From NCBI GenBank assembly GCA_963765495.1, contig CAVXWP010000005.1, positions 96,001 to 160,000 of the forward strand: a stretch of 64,000 nucleotides of DNA. Reading direction: 5' to 3'. This document shows positions 1 to 8,145 of the stretch, in pieces. The position numbers and the translations under genes were made by a program. The notes below the pieces were generated by a model. It saw only the letters and a list, made by a program, of their open reading frames with translations. It did not search any database and was not told where the DNA came from. The stretch's first letter is position 1; each line of letters opens with the position of its first letter. Source of the stretch: Blastocatellia bacterium (GTDB lineage: Bacteria; Acidobacteriota; Blastocatellia; UBA7656).

Positions 1-33
1 AAGCTGGATGAAGCGCCCGATAGCGGGGACTGA
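1..33 (+). CDS. 3' end of an upstream gene (partial, ...KLDEAPDSGD*)
   Basis: Open frame from base 1 to TGA at 31-33, which is the first triplet of a palindromic element between this frame and the convergent gene; too short to identify. Confidence 0.3.
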   Translation, partial: KLDEAPDSGD

Positions 34-129
34 ATCGTGATACGTGAATCGTGATGCGTGACCTTCGGCCGGTTGCTTTTTACAGCCTGCTGCAAGTCTC
101 ACGAATCACGATTCACGTATCACGATTCA
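31..129. repeat. Periodic palindrome: 31-nt arms built from NNCGTGA 7-mers
   Basis: tgaatcgtgatacgtgaatcgtgatgcgtga (31-61) is the reverse complement of tcacgaatcacgattcacgtatcacgattca (99-129) with one mismatch. Confidence 0.9.
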
Positions 130-1251
130 ATCAGGGAGCGCATCTATAAGCGCGTCCACTTCTTCTCGCGTATTGTAAAAATGGGGGGAGATTCTGAGCC
201 GCCCTATCCGGTGAGCCGCGATGATGTCTTTCGCAAGCAGCAGTCTGTAAAGTTCGCCGGGCGAATGTCTCGGATGAGTGCAGGTGACGATGGCCGAGGC
301 TTCGCCCCGCTCGCGCGAGCTTACCACGTCGTAACCCCTGGTCTGCAATTTTTCGGCCAGATAATCACAAAGATCGAGCAGGTATTTTTCGATCTTTTCG
401 GGGCCGTATTCCAGAAAAAGATCAATCGCCGCGCCAAATCCGTAGACTCCCGCCGTGTTCAGGGTGCCGCATTCGAATCGTGCCGCGCCGTCTCGATATT
501 CAAGCTCATAATCGAGGTACTGTTCGTGATTCTTTACCGATGTCCAGCCGACTACGGTGGGCTCGATTGCGTCGAGTACTCTATTGGAAATATAGAGCAG
601 GGCGATGCCTTCGGGGCCAAGCAGGTATTTGTGCGCATCGGCCGCAAATGCGTCTACATAATCACGCTCGACATCGAGTTGCAGCCCGCCGAGTCCCTGA
701 ATCGCATCGACCATAAAAAATATGCCGCGCTCGCGACAGAACCGCCCTATGCGGGCAAGGTCGGTGCGGAACCCGGATGAGAACTGCACCCAGCTTATCG
801 TCAACACGCGAGTGTGATCGTCAACCAGCGCGAGCAACTCTTCGGGAGCTATGCGGCCGTCGCGCTCGTGAACCATCTTGATCTCGATGCGGCGCTCCTC
901 GGTAAGCCGCAGCCACGGGTATACATTTGACGGAAACTCTACATTGCAGGTCACGACGTTATCGCCCTCGCGCCACTTTATGCCGTTGGCTACGGCTGAG
1001 ATGGCATCGGAAGTGTTTCGCATGAAGGCGATCTCTTCACTCTGCGCGCCCACGAGCCGGGCGGCGCTCGCCCGCGTCCGTTCGTATGTGTCGATCCAGT
1101 CGAAATAATTGACGGAGCCGTTTCGCGTAACGTCTTCCGCCAGATGTATCATCCGGTCGCGCGCCCGTACTGACAGAGGCGCAACAGCGGCATGATTCAT
1201 GTAGATGTATTTTTCAGTTACCGGAAACAACGAGCGGATTTCTCTGTTCAT
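127..1251 (-). CDS. Class V PLP-dependent aminotransferase (cysteine desulfurase/selenocysteine lyase-like)
   Basis: YMNHAAVAP, VDAIQ, ADAHKYLLGPEG (PLP Lys), FECGT and LRISPHFYNT motifs. Confidence 0.9.
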   Translation of the reverse strand: MNREIRSLFPVTEKYIYMNHAAVAPLSVRARDRMIHLAEDVTRNGSVNYFDWIDTYERTRASAARLVGAQSEEIAFMRNTSDAISAVANGIKWREGDNVVTCNVEFPSNVYPWLRLTEERRIEIKMVHERDGRIAPEELLALVDDHTRVLTISWVQFSSGFRTDLARIGRFCRERGIFFMVDAIQGLGGLQLDVERDYVDAFAADAHKYLLGPEGIALLYISNRVLDAIEPTVVGWTSVKNHEQYLDYELEYRDGAARFECGTLNTAGVYGFGAAIDLFLEYGPEKIEKYLLDLCDYLAEKLQTRGYDVVSSRERGEASAIVTCTHPRHSPGELYRLLLAKDIIAAHRIGRLRISPHFYNTREEVDALIDALPD

Positions 1252-1267
1252 AGTCTCAAATGCCGGT

Positions 1268-1295
1268 TCTCAAATCTCAAATTTGAGATTTGAGA
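1268..1295. repeat. Perfect 28-bp palindrome (TCTCAAA)2(TTTGAGA)2
   Basis: tctcaaatctcaaatttgagatttgaga, with an extra tctcaaa at 1254-1260. Confidence 0.9.
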
Positions 1296-1297
1296 TT

Positions 1298-2464
1298 TCA
1301 GTATTCAACCTTTGTCCATACGGAGCGGTCTACGTTTGAGCGCACTATGGCATCAACGACGCAGTTGGCTCTGTATCCGTCTTCGAAGGTGGGAAAATCA
1401 ATCTTGTCTGTGTCCTTTAGGGGGTCGTATTCTTCGGCGATGAATGAATATATGCTCGACATCAGGTTCTTGAAGGCATCGGCCCATCCTTCGTTGTGTC
1501 CGCCCGGCAGATTTACATAGCGCCCGACCGACTCGTCAAGCAATGAAGCATCGCGCGTCATAACCGCATTGGGGCGGTCGCGATAGCCGAGCCACAATTC
1601 ATTTGGCCGCTCCTGCTTCCAGTGAAGCGAAGCAACCGAGCCGTTGACTTCGATCTGCAAATCGTTTTTGTGACCGGCGCAGACCTGCCCTACGGTGAAC
1701 GCGCCACGAGCGCCGCCTTCGAATTCGATAAGCACCGATCCGAGGTCGTCGCTTGTGACTACGTAATCTTCGTATTGGTCTTCATCCGACCCGGCGGCAA
1801 ATGCCTCGCGCGAACCCGTCGGTTTTTTGCGCACCTGCACCATAGTGCTGAGGTCAGCCAGCACCCGTTCGATCTTCAGTCCGGCGATGAATTGCGCCGT
1901 ATCGCACCAGTGAGAGCCGATATCGCCCACCGAACTTGACGCGCCTCCTTTGTCGGATTCGAGCCGCCACGAAAAATCGGTTTCATAAAGCAGCCAGTCT
2001 TGAAGGTACTGACCATAGACGAATCTGACCTGACCCAGTTCGCCCTTCTCTCTCATAGCTCGCGCCTGCTGGACCATCGGATTGAACCGATAATTGAACG
2101 TAACGGCGTTGACTCGCGCGGTCTCAAGCGCGCGGTCACGCATCTTTTGCGCCTCGATTGATGTGAGCGCGAGCGGCTTGTCGCAGATTACATGCTTTCC
2201 GCTCTCTAAGGCCGCCATCACTACTTCGTAATGCAGATAGTTGGGCGTGCATACGTGAACAACATCTATCGAGCGGTCTGCCAGCAACTCTTCATAGCTC
2301 GAATAAGCGCGCCCTATGTTCAGGCGGTCGGCTTTCTTTTGAGCCGATTCGAGGTTTGAGGTTGCAACCCCTGCCACTTCCACATAACCGAGGCGGCGAA
2401 CCGCTTCCATGTGGAGCGGGCCTACAAACCCTGCGCCTATCAATCCCGTGCGAATCTTACGCAT
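1298..2464 (-). CDS. Gfo/Idh/MocA family NAD(P)-dependent oxidoreductase
   Basis: GLIGAGFVG, VCTPNYLH, ICDKPLA, GDIGSHWCD. Confidence 0.92.
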   Translation of the reverse strand: MRKIRTGLIGAGFVGPLHMEAVRRLGYVEVAGVATSNLESAQKKADRLNIGRAYSSYEELLADRSIDVVHVCTPNYLHYEVVMAALESGKHVICDKPLALTSIEAQKMRDRALETARVNAVTFNYRFNPMVQQARAMREKGELGQVRFVYGQYLQDWLLYETDFSWRLESDKGGASSSVGDIGSHWCDTAQFIAGLKIERVLADLSTMVQVRKKPTGSREAFAAGSDEDQYEDYVVTSDDLGSVLIEFEGGARGAFTVGQVCAGHKNDLQIEVNGSVASLHWKQERPNELWLGYRDRPNAVMTRDASLLDESVGRYVNLPGGHNEGWADAFKNLMSSIYSFIAEEYDPLKDTDKIDFPTFEDGYRANCVVDAIVRSNVDRSVWTKVEY

Positions 2465-2491
2465 CTGTCGTCCTCCGAAATTTGTAGCTGT

Positions 2492-2749
2492 TTAATCCTC
2501 ATCTTGCCACGTGACAAGCGACCTCATCCACTGCCTGCGTTTAGGATTATCCGGCGCTCGTCGCACGCGGCAAAAAGTCTGAGCCGCGACCCGCTCAAGA
2601 TCATCCATCCACTCAGGCTCGGCGAGAAAATAGCCCGACTCTTCGCCGACAAGGCTTCTTTCAGGAAACTGGTCTTCCCATTCGATGTGAAAAGCGCGGC
2701 CCCAGAATTCATCCCTGCCTATGATCTCGATTCTGATCTGCTGTCCCAT
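2492..2749 (-). CDS. Hypothetical protein, 85 aa
   Basis: ATG with a purine-rich SD-like stretch upstream; co-directional with and 27 nt from the Gfo gene; sigma70-like promoter upstream. Confidence 0.7.
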   Translation of the reverse strand: MGQQIRIEIIGRDEFWGRAFHIEWEDQFPERSLVGEESGYFLAEPEWMDDLERVAAQTFCRVRRAPDNPKRRQWMRSLVTWQDED

Positions 2750-2782
2750 TCTTATAAAACCCCTTTGAATGAGCGCAGCAAA

Positions 2783-2810
2783 GCTATATCAGAAAAAGCG
2801 CGCATGTCAA
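2783..2810 (-). promoter_or_regulatory. Sigma70-type promoter, TTGACA-N16-TATAGC
   Basis: Minus strand ttgacatgcgcgctttttctgatatagc, about 34 nt before the ATG at 2749. Confidence 0.5.
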
Positions 2811-2904
2811 ATCGGCGGCGGTTTTCCGCTTGATGCGATTGCGGTGTGGTATTAGTATGAACCCTCTTGCATCGAATCAGGCAAATCTAAAAAGAGGAAA
2901 AGTT

Positions 2905-3885
2905 ATGCCTCAGATCAACACTGTGAAGGGGGCCGTCGACACGGCCCGGTTGGGCGCGACTCTGATGCACGAACACGTATTCGTGCTCTCGACTGAAATC
3001 ATGCAGAACTTCCCCGAAGGCTGGGGCGATGAAGACAGCCGCGTGAGCGACGCGATTGCGCGGCTCAACGAATTGAAGTCGCGGGGCGTGGATTCAATCG
3101 TAGACCTGACGGTAATCGGACTTGGCCGCTACATCCCTCGCATCGAGCGCATTGCCCGCGAGACTTCTATCAACATCATTGTGGCCACGGGCGTTTATAC
3201 CTACAACGACGTGCCGATGTACTTTCACTTTCAGGGGCCGGGCACCGAGCTTGGCGGGCCTGAGCTTATGACCGACATGTTTGTCAAAGACATCGAAGAA
3301 GGCATAGCCGGAACGAATGTGAAGGCCGCGATCTTGAAATGCGCCACCGATCAGCCGGGCGTAACTCCCGGTGTAGAGCGCGTACTCCGCGCCGTTGCTC
3401 AGGCGCATCGGCGGACGGGCGTGCCTATAACCACGCACACTCACGCGCCTACGATGCGCGGGCTCGAACAGCAAAGGATTTTTGAAGAAGAGGGCGTAGA
3501 CCTTTCCCGCGTCATCATCGGTCATTCGGGCGACACTACGGATCTGGATTATCTTGAGAAACTGATCGCTCGCGGTTCTTACATCGGCATGGACCGTTTC
3601 GGCATAGACGTATTGCTGCCGTTTGAAGATCGCGTGAACACGGTCGCCCGTCTGTGTGAGCGCGGTCACGCAGACCGGATGGTCCTTTCGCAGGACGCGG
3701 CCTGCTTTAACGACTGGCTGCCGGAGGCGGCGCTGCCCGAGGTGCTTCCAAACTGGCATTATCTTCATATTCACAATGATGTGATACCCGCTTTAAAAGA
3801 GCGCGGTGTAACCGACGAGCAGATTCACACCATGCTCGTCGAAAATCCTCGAAAGATATTCGAGCGGCAAGGAGCTTACCTGTGA
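2905..3885 (+). CDS. Phosphotriesterase-like lactonase (PTE/PLL family)
   Basis: TLMHEHVF, LKCATD (carbamylated Lys), THTH, IGHSGD, MDRFG, LSQD; SD gagga before ATG 2905. Confidence 0.9.
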   Translation: MPQINTVKGAVDTARLGATLMHEHVFVLSTEIMQNFPEGWGDEDSRVSDAIARLNELKSRGVDSIVDLTVIGLGRYIPRIERIARETSINIIVATGVYTYNDVPMYFHFQGPGTELGGPELMTDMFVKDIEEGIAGTNVKAAILKCATDQPGVTPGVERVLRAVAQAHRRTGVPITTHTHAPTMRGLEQQRIFEEEGVDLSRVIIGHSGDTTDLDYLEKLIARGSYIGMDRFGIDVLLPFEDRVNTVARLCERGHADRMVLSQDAACFNDWLPEAALPEVLPNWHYLHIHNDVIPALKERGVTDEQIHTMLVENPRKIFERQGAYL

Positions 3886-5384
3886 TTCGTCCTTTTGATC
3901 AGAGCGGAATAACTCGCGACTCAAACCAGATAGCCCATTACGATAACCGCCCGGCTTCGCTAGTCGAGATGCTGCGGGCGAGAGTCGATGAAACGCCCGA
4001 CGCGGAAGCGGTTGTTGAGGTGGGCGGCGGACGCCTCACCTACCGCGAGTTGTGGGAGCAATCGGCAAACGTGGCCGGAGGGCTGAAAAGCAAAGGCATA
4101 AATCGCGGCGACCGCGTGAGCATCCGCCTCGGAAACGGGCTTGACTGGTGTCTGGCCTTTTTCGGAGCGCAGATGGCCGGAGCCATCGCCGTACCCGTAA
4201 ACACCCGATTCAGCGAATCTGAGGTCGAATATGTGGTCACGGATTCCGGCTCGTCTTATGTCTTTATGCCGGGTGCGGAGCTTCCCCGAGACAAGGCTTT
4301 TGTCATCGAAGACCTCGCGTCCGAGGATGTTTCGGCGATCTTTTACACAAGCGGCACGACCGGGTTTCCAAAAGGCGCGATGACCACGCACGAAAATTTT
4401 CTGTCGAATATCGAGACCTGCCGCCGCGTGGTAGACCTGCCGACAGACGGCAGCGTGCGAAATCTGGTTTCGGTCCCGCTCTTTCACGTCACCGGCTGCA
4501 ACAGCCAGTTGTTGCCTACGTGCGAAGCGGGCGGAACCACCGTGATAATGCCCGCCTTCGATGTGCAGGCTTTCCTTGCCGTCATCGCGCAGGAAAGAAT
4601 CAATCTGGTCACATCGGTCCCGGCGGTTTTCTGGCTTGCGATCAATCAGCCAAACTTCCGCGAACTCGATACGTCGGGCGTTCTATGGACTACCTATGGC
4701 GGCGCACCCATCGCCCCTGAACTCGTGCGGCGCATCAAGGAATCTTTCCCAAATGCCCGCGTAGGCAACGGCTTTGGACTTACCGAGACATCATCGGTTT
4801 CTACATTTCTGCCGCACGAATATGCCGACGAGCGGCCCGAAACCGTAGGGTTCGCCGCGCCGGTCGTGGACCTTGAAATCTTCGAACCGGACCCGGAAAC
4901 CGGGGTGGGCGAACTGCTTGTCAGAGGGTCGAACGTCGTAAAGGGTTACTGGAACAAACCGGAGGCGACCGCGCAGGCTTTCGTAAACGGATGGCTGCAC
5001 ACGGGCGATATGGCCCGCATCGACGAAGACGGATTTGTGCAGATCGTTGACCGCAAGAAAGACATGATCTGCCGGGGCGGCGAAAACGTTTACTGCGTCG
5101 AGGTGGAAAATGTACTGGCCGCTCACCCGTCCGTCTTCGAAGTGGCCGTAATCGGCGTGCCCGATGAAGTGATGGGCGAAAAGGTAGGCGCGGTCATCGT
5201 CCCGCGTCCGGGCAAGGAGGCCGACCCGTCCGACATCCTCGCGTTTGCGGGCAAGCACCTGGCGGATTTCAAAGTTCCTCAATATCTGACCTTGCGCGCC
5301 GAGCCTCTGCCCCGCAATCCCGGTGGAAAGATATTGAAGCCAAAACTTAGAAACTCTGTCGAGTGGGGCCGCCCCGCTCGTTGA
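3882..5384 (+). CDS. Long-chain acyl-CoA synthetase (FadD-like AMP-binding enzyme)
   Basis: YTSGTTGFPKG, GFGLTET, WLHTGD, DRKKD, PRNPGGKILK; GTGA overlap with the PLL stop. Confidence 0.92.
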   Translation: MIRPFDQSGITRDSNQIAHYDNRPASLVEMLRARVDETPDAEAVVEVGGGRLTYRELWEQSANVAGGLKSKGINRGDRVSIRLGNGLDWCLAFFGAQMAGAIAVPVNTRFSESEVEYVVTDSGSSYVFMPGAELPRDKAFVIEDLASEDVSAIFYTSGTTGFPKGAMTTHENFLSNIETCRRVVDLPTDGSVRNLVSVPLFHVTGCNSQLLPTCEAGGTTVIMPAFDVQAFLAVIAQERINLVTSVPAVFWLAINQPNFRELDTSGVLWTTYGGAPIAPELVRRIKESFPNARVGNGFGLTETSSVSTFLPHEYADERPETVGFAAPVVDLEIFEPDPETGVGELLVRGSNVVKGYWNKPEATAQAFVNGWLHTGDMARIDEDGFVQIVDRKKDMICRGGENVYCVEVENVLAAHPSVFEVAVIGVPDEVMGEKVGAVIVPRPGKEADPSDILAFAGKHLADFKVPQYLTLRAEPLPRNPGGKILKPKLRNSVEWGRPAR

Positions 5385-5439
5385 CGTGCAGTTGACAGGC
5401 CGTTAAACCTTGAGCGTCTGAAAAGCAAAGGCGACTGCC

Positions 5440-5760
5440 TTACAGGTGCTCGATGTCTTCAAGCGACATCTCGTATTCGCCCGCCATCGACGGGTGGCCG
5501 TGTTTTTGCGCGGCCTCGATTCCACGGCGATAAGCCTCGCGCGCTTCTTCGACCTTTCCAAGTTTCAGATTCGCCTGCGCGAGCAATCTGTAAGCCGCCC
5601 CTTCGTCATCGTGCAGCGAAAGGTATTCAAGAAATGCCGCTCGCGCTTCTTCGTAGTCTTCGGTCTTCATCAGTTCGTTTGCGAGGCCGTACCGGGCAAG
5701 CGCATTTGTAGGGTCTGAGGCAACCATTTCGCGAAACGCTTCGAGTCTGGATGATGCCAT
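5440..5760 (-). CDS. Small tetratricopeptide-repeat protein
   Basis: ARYGLANEL and AYRLLAQ..LGK.EEAREAYRRG TPR-like pattern; SD aggaga. Confidence 0.8.
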   Translation of the reverse strand: MASSRLEAFREMVASDPTNALARYGLANELMKTEDYEEARAAFLEYLSLHDDEGAAYRLLAQANLKLGKVEEAREAYRRGIEAAQKHGHPSMAGEYEMSLEDIEHL

Positions 5761-5897
5761 ACGATTTTCTCCTTTATGAACGGTTCAGTTTTTGCTCAAC
5801 CTCTCGAACTATAGAGTCAGGCAATTTGACCACGCAAGGTCAACAATGAGAGCATGAGTTTTACGTGGAGCAGAGTGAGTGTGTGAAGGAGTTTGAT

Positions 5898-6119
5898 GTG
5901 AGCATTGATCCAGAAAAGGTACGGACACAGGAAGACGAAGACGAACCGGCAGCGATTGACAGGGTTGAGGAACGAGTCGAGGCCGATTTGAAACGCCTGG
6001 AAGGCAAGGCGAAGATCAGCGTAGGCCAGGGAATGGATGACGAGAAACTGGAGAGCGAAGGCCGCAAGCTCAAAAAGGAAGGCGAAAAAGAGCTCGAAGA
6101 ACAGCAGCATAAAGAGTGA
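5898..6119 (+). CDS. Small acidic CsbD-like stress protein
   Basis: GKAKISVGQGMDDEKLESEG resembles the CsbD GKAKE..G..T.D..L..EG pattern; AAGGAG 6 nt before GTG 5898. Confidence 0.55.
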   Translation: MSIDPEKVRTQEDEDEPAAIDRVEERVEADLKRLEGKAKISVGQGMDDEKLESEGRKLKKEGEKELEEQQHKE

Positions 6120-6125
6120 CGCGTA

Positions 6126-6201
6126 GACAGGATTAAGAGGATTCGAAAGGATTAAGAGAGAATCTTGTTGAATCCAATCTAATCCTGTTAATCCTGTCAA
6201 A
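6126..6201. repeat. Periodic palindrome, (A)CAGGATT family (9-10 nt period)
   Basis: gacaggattaagaggattcgaaaggatt ... aatcctgttaatcctgtcaaa; the last 21 nt are identical to 48959-48979. Confidence 0.85.
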
Positions 6202-6228
6202 GAATCCGGCGCTATTGAAAGAGGAGCT

Positions 6229-8034
6229 ATGGAAAGAATACTGGCAGTGACGTTTCTGTTGACCATGTGTGTACTGGCTACGGCGCAGATCACATCGCGC
6301 AAATCATCTCAAAGCAAATTGCCTCCCGGTTACTGGCCGCCTGAAAAGAGCCAGCCCCTTGTTGACAAGACTCAAACTGTAAGGCTGTCGCCCGATCTTG
6401 CCACGCTAAGCGCGGGCGAACGCGAGGCGGTAAACAAACTTCTTGAAGTCGGCAAGATATTTCAGAACCTGTTTGAACAGCAACGTCACGCACAGGCGCT
6501 TTCGTCCGAGCAGAAACTTGAGCAACTGGATAAACAGATGGGTTCGACTGCTGCGACCGCAAATCTGCTGATGCTCTATCGTTTGAACCAGGGGCCGATT
6601 GCCACTACGCTCGATAACAAGCGGGAGCCGTTTCTGCCGGTTGATCCTGCGCAGCCGGGGAAGAATGTCTATCCGTGGGGCGTCACAAAACAGGAGATAG
6701 AAACCTTCCTCGCGGCGCATCCTGAAAAGCGCGACTATATTCTCGACTTGCGCACGGTCGTCCGTCGCGCAACACCTGAGAACTTGCAGCGCGATCTTTC
6801 CGTGCTCAGACAGCATCCGGTTCTCGATACCCTGCACCCCGGCTTGAAACAGGAATTGAAAGTGATGCGAACCGAAAAGGGATTCTATGCGGTTCCCTAC
6901 TCGGTCGCCTATGCCGAAGAGCTACTGCGCGCTCACGAATTGTTGAACGAAGCAGCCGATGCTCTTCAAAAAGACGACGACGAGTTTGCGCGCTTTCTCA
7001 GAAACCGCGCCCGCGATCTGCTGTCGGATGATTATGAGTCGGGCGATGCCGCGTGGGTCACGGGCCATTTCAATAACCTGAACGCGCAGATCGGCTCTTA
7101 CGAGGTTTATGACGATGAGCTTTATGGAGTAAAGACGTTTTTCGCTTTCAGTCTTTTGAAGGTGCGACAGCCTGAAACGACAGACCTGCGAAAGGCGATG
7201 AGCGGTTTGCAGATGATCGAAGACTCGCTCCCCTATGACCATCACAAGAGGATAAGAGAAGACATCCCCGTCGGCGTCTATGACGTGATAGCCGATTTCG
7301 GACAGGCGCGGGGCGGAAACACCGCTACCATCCTGCCGAATGAGAGCTATCTGGCTCGCCGGTATGGACGCACAATCCTGTTGAGGTCGAACATTATGCG
7401 CAACCCCGATCTTTTCGAGGGCACGTTGCATATCTGGCAGGCGGCGGTCGCTCCCGAGCATAAAAACGAATTGACGCCCGACGGGAATTTTTACCGCACG
7501 CTCTGGCACGAAGTCGGCCATTACCTCGGCGTAGACAAGACAAAAACAGGCAAGGATCTGGATACGGCATTGGAAGAGAATTCAAGCGCGCTTGAAGAGA
7601 TGAAAGCCGATCTGGTCTCTTTGTTTGCCGCCGAAGCCTTGCATAAGCAGGGCTATTACAACGACGAGCAGTTTCGCTCAATTTACGCGGGCGGCATCCT
7701 TCGAGTGTTGCAGAATAACCGGCCGCGCCGCGATCAGCCTTACAACACCATGCAGTTGATGCAGTGGAATTACTTTTTAGAGAACGGGTTGTTGAGCTTT
7801 GACGCGCAAACGGGCCGTCTCAAAATCCATTACGACAAGTATCACGACGTAGTCGGCAAGTTGCTGGCTAAGGTTCTTGAGATTCAATATCAGGGAGACA
7901 AAGCGGCATCAGACAGGTTTATCGACCAGTACACCAGCTGGGACGAGAACCTCCACGGAGTAGTGGCGAAAAATATTCGCGAGCAGCAAAAATACCGCTT
8001 CCGCCTGTTTAAGTACGCTGCCCTGAATGAATAA
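6229..8034 (+). CDS. Secreted M49-family (dipeptidyl peptidase III-like) zinc peptidase
   Basis: Signal peptide; GSYEVYDDEL, ATILPN, WHEVGH and EEMKAD zinc motifs. Confidence 0.82.
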   Translation: MERILAVTFLLTMCVLATAQITSRKSSQSKLPPGYWPPEKSQPLVDKTQTVRLSPDLATLSAGEREAVNKLLEVGKIFQNLFEQQRHAQALSSEQKLEQLDKQMGSTAATANLLMLYRLNQGPIATTLDNKREPFLPVDPAQPGKNVYPWGVTKQEIETFLAAHPEKRDYILDLRTVVRRATPENLQRDLSVLRQHPVLDTLHPGLKQELKVMRTEKGFYAVPYSVAYAEELLRAHELLNEAADALQKDDDEFARFLRNRARDLLSDDYESGDAAWVTGHFNNLNAQIGSYEVYDDELYGVKTFFAFSLLKVRQPETTDLRKAMSGLQMIEDSLPYDHHKRIREDIPVGVYDVIADFGQARGGNTATILPNESYLARRYGRTILLRSNIMRNPDLFEGTLHIWQAAVAPEHKNELTPDGNFYRTLWHEVGHYLGVDKTKTGKDLDTALEENSSALEEMKADLVSLFAAEALHKQGYYNDEQFRSIYAGGILRVLQNNRPRRDQPYNTMQLMQWNYFLENGLLSFDAQTGRLKIHYDKYHDVVGKLLAKVLEIQYQGDKAASDRFIDQYTSWDENLHGVVAKNIREQQKYRFRLFKYAALNE

Positions 8035-8062
8035 AATTTAGCGCGATTTGCAGAAAAATCAA

Positions 8063-8109
8063 CCACGAATTCGCACGAATTATTCGTGTTTATTTGCGCG
8101 AATTCGTGG
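8063..8109. repeat. Periodic palindrome, CACGAATT family, between convergent genes (possible terminator)
   Basis: ccacgaattcgcacgaat ... atttgcgcgaattcgtgg. Confidence 0.75.
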
Positions 8110-8145
8110 CTTCCTTTTTGGCCGTCCCAATGAATCAGACCCGGT

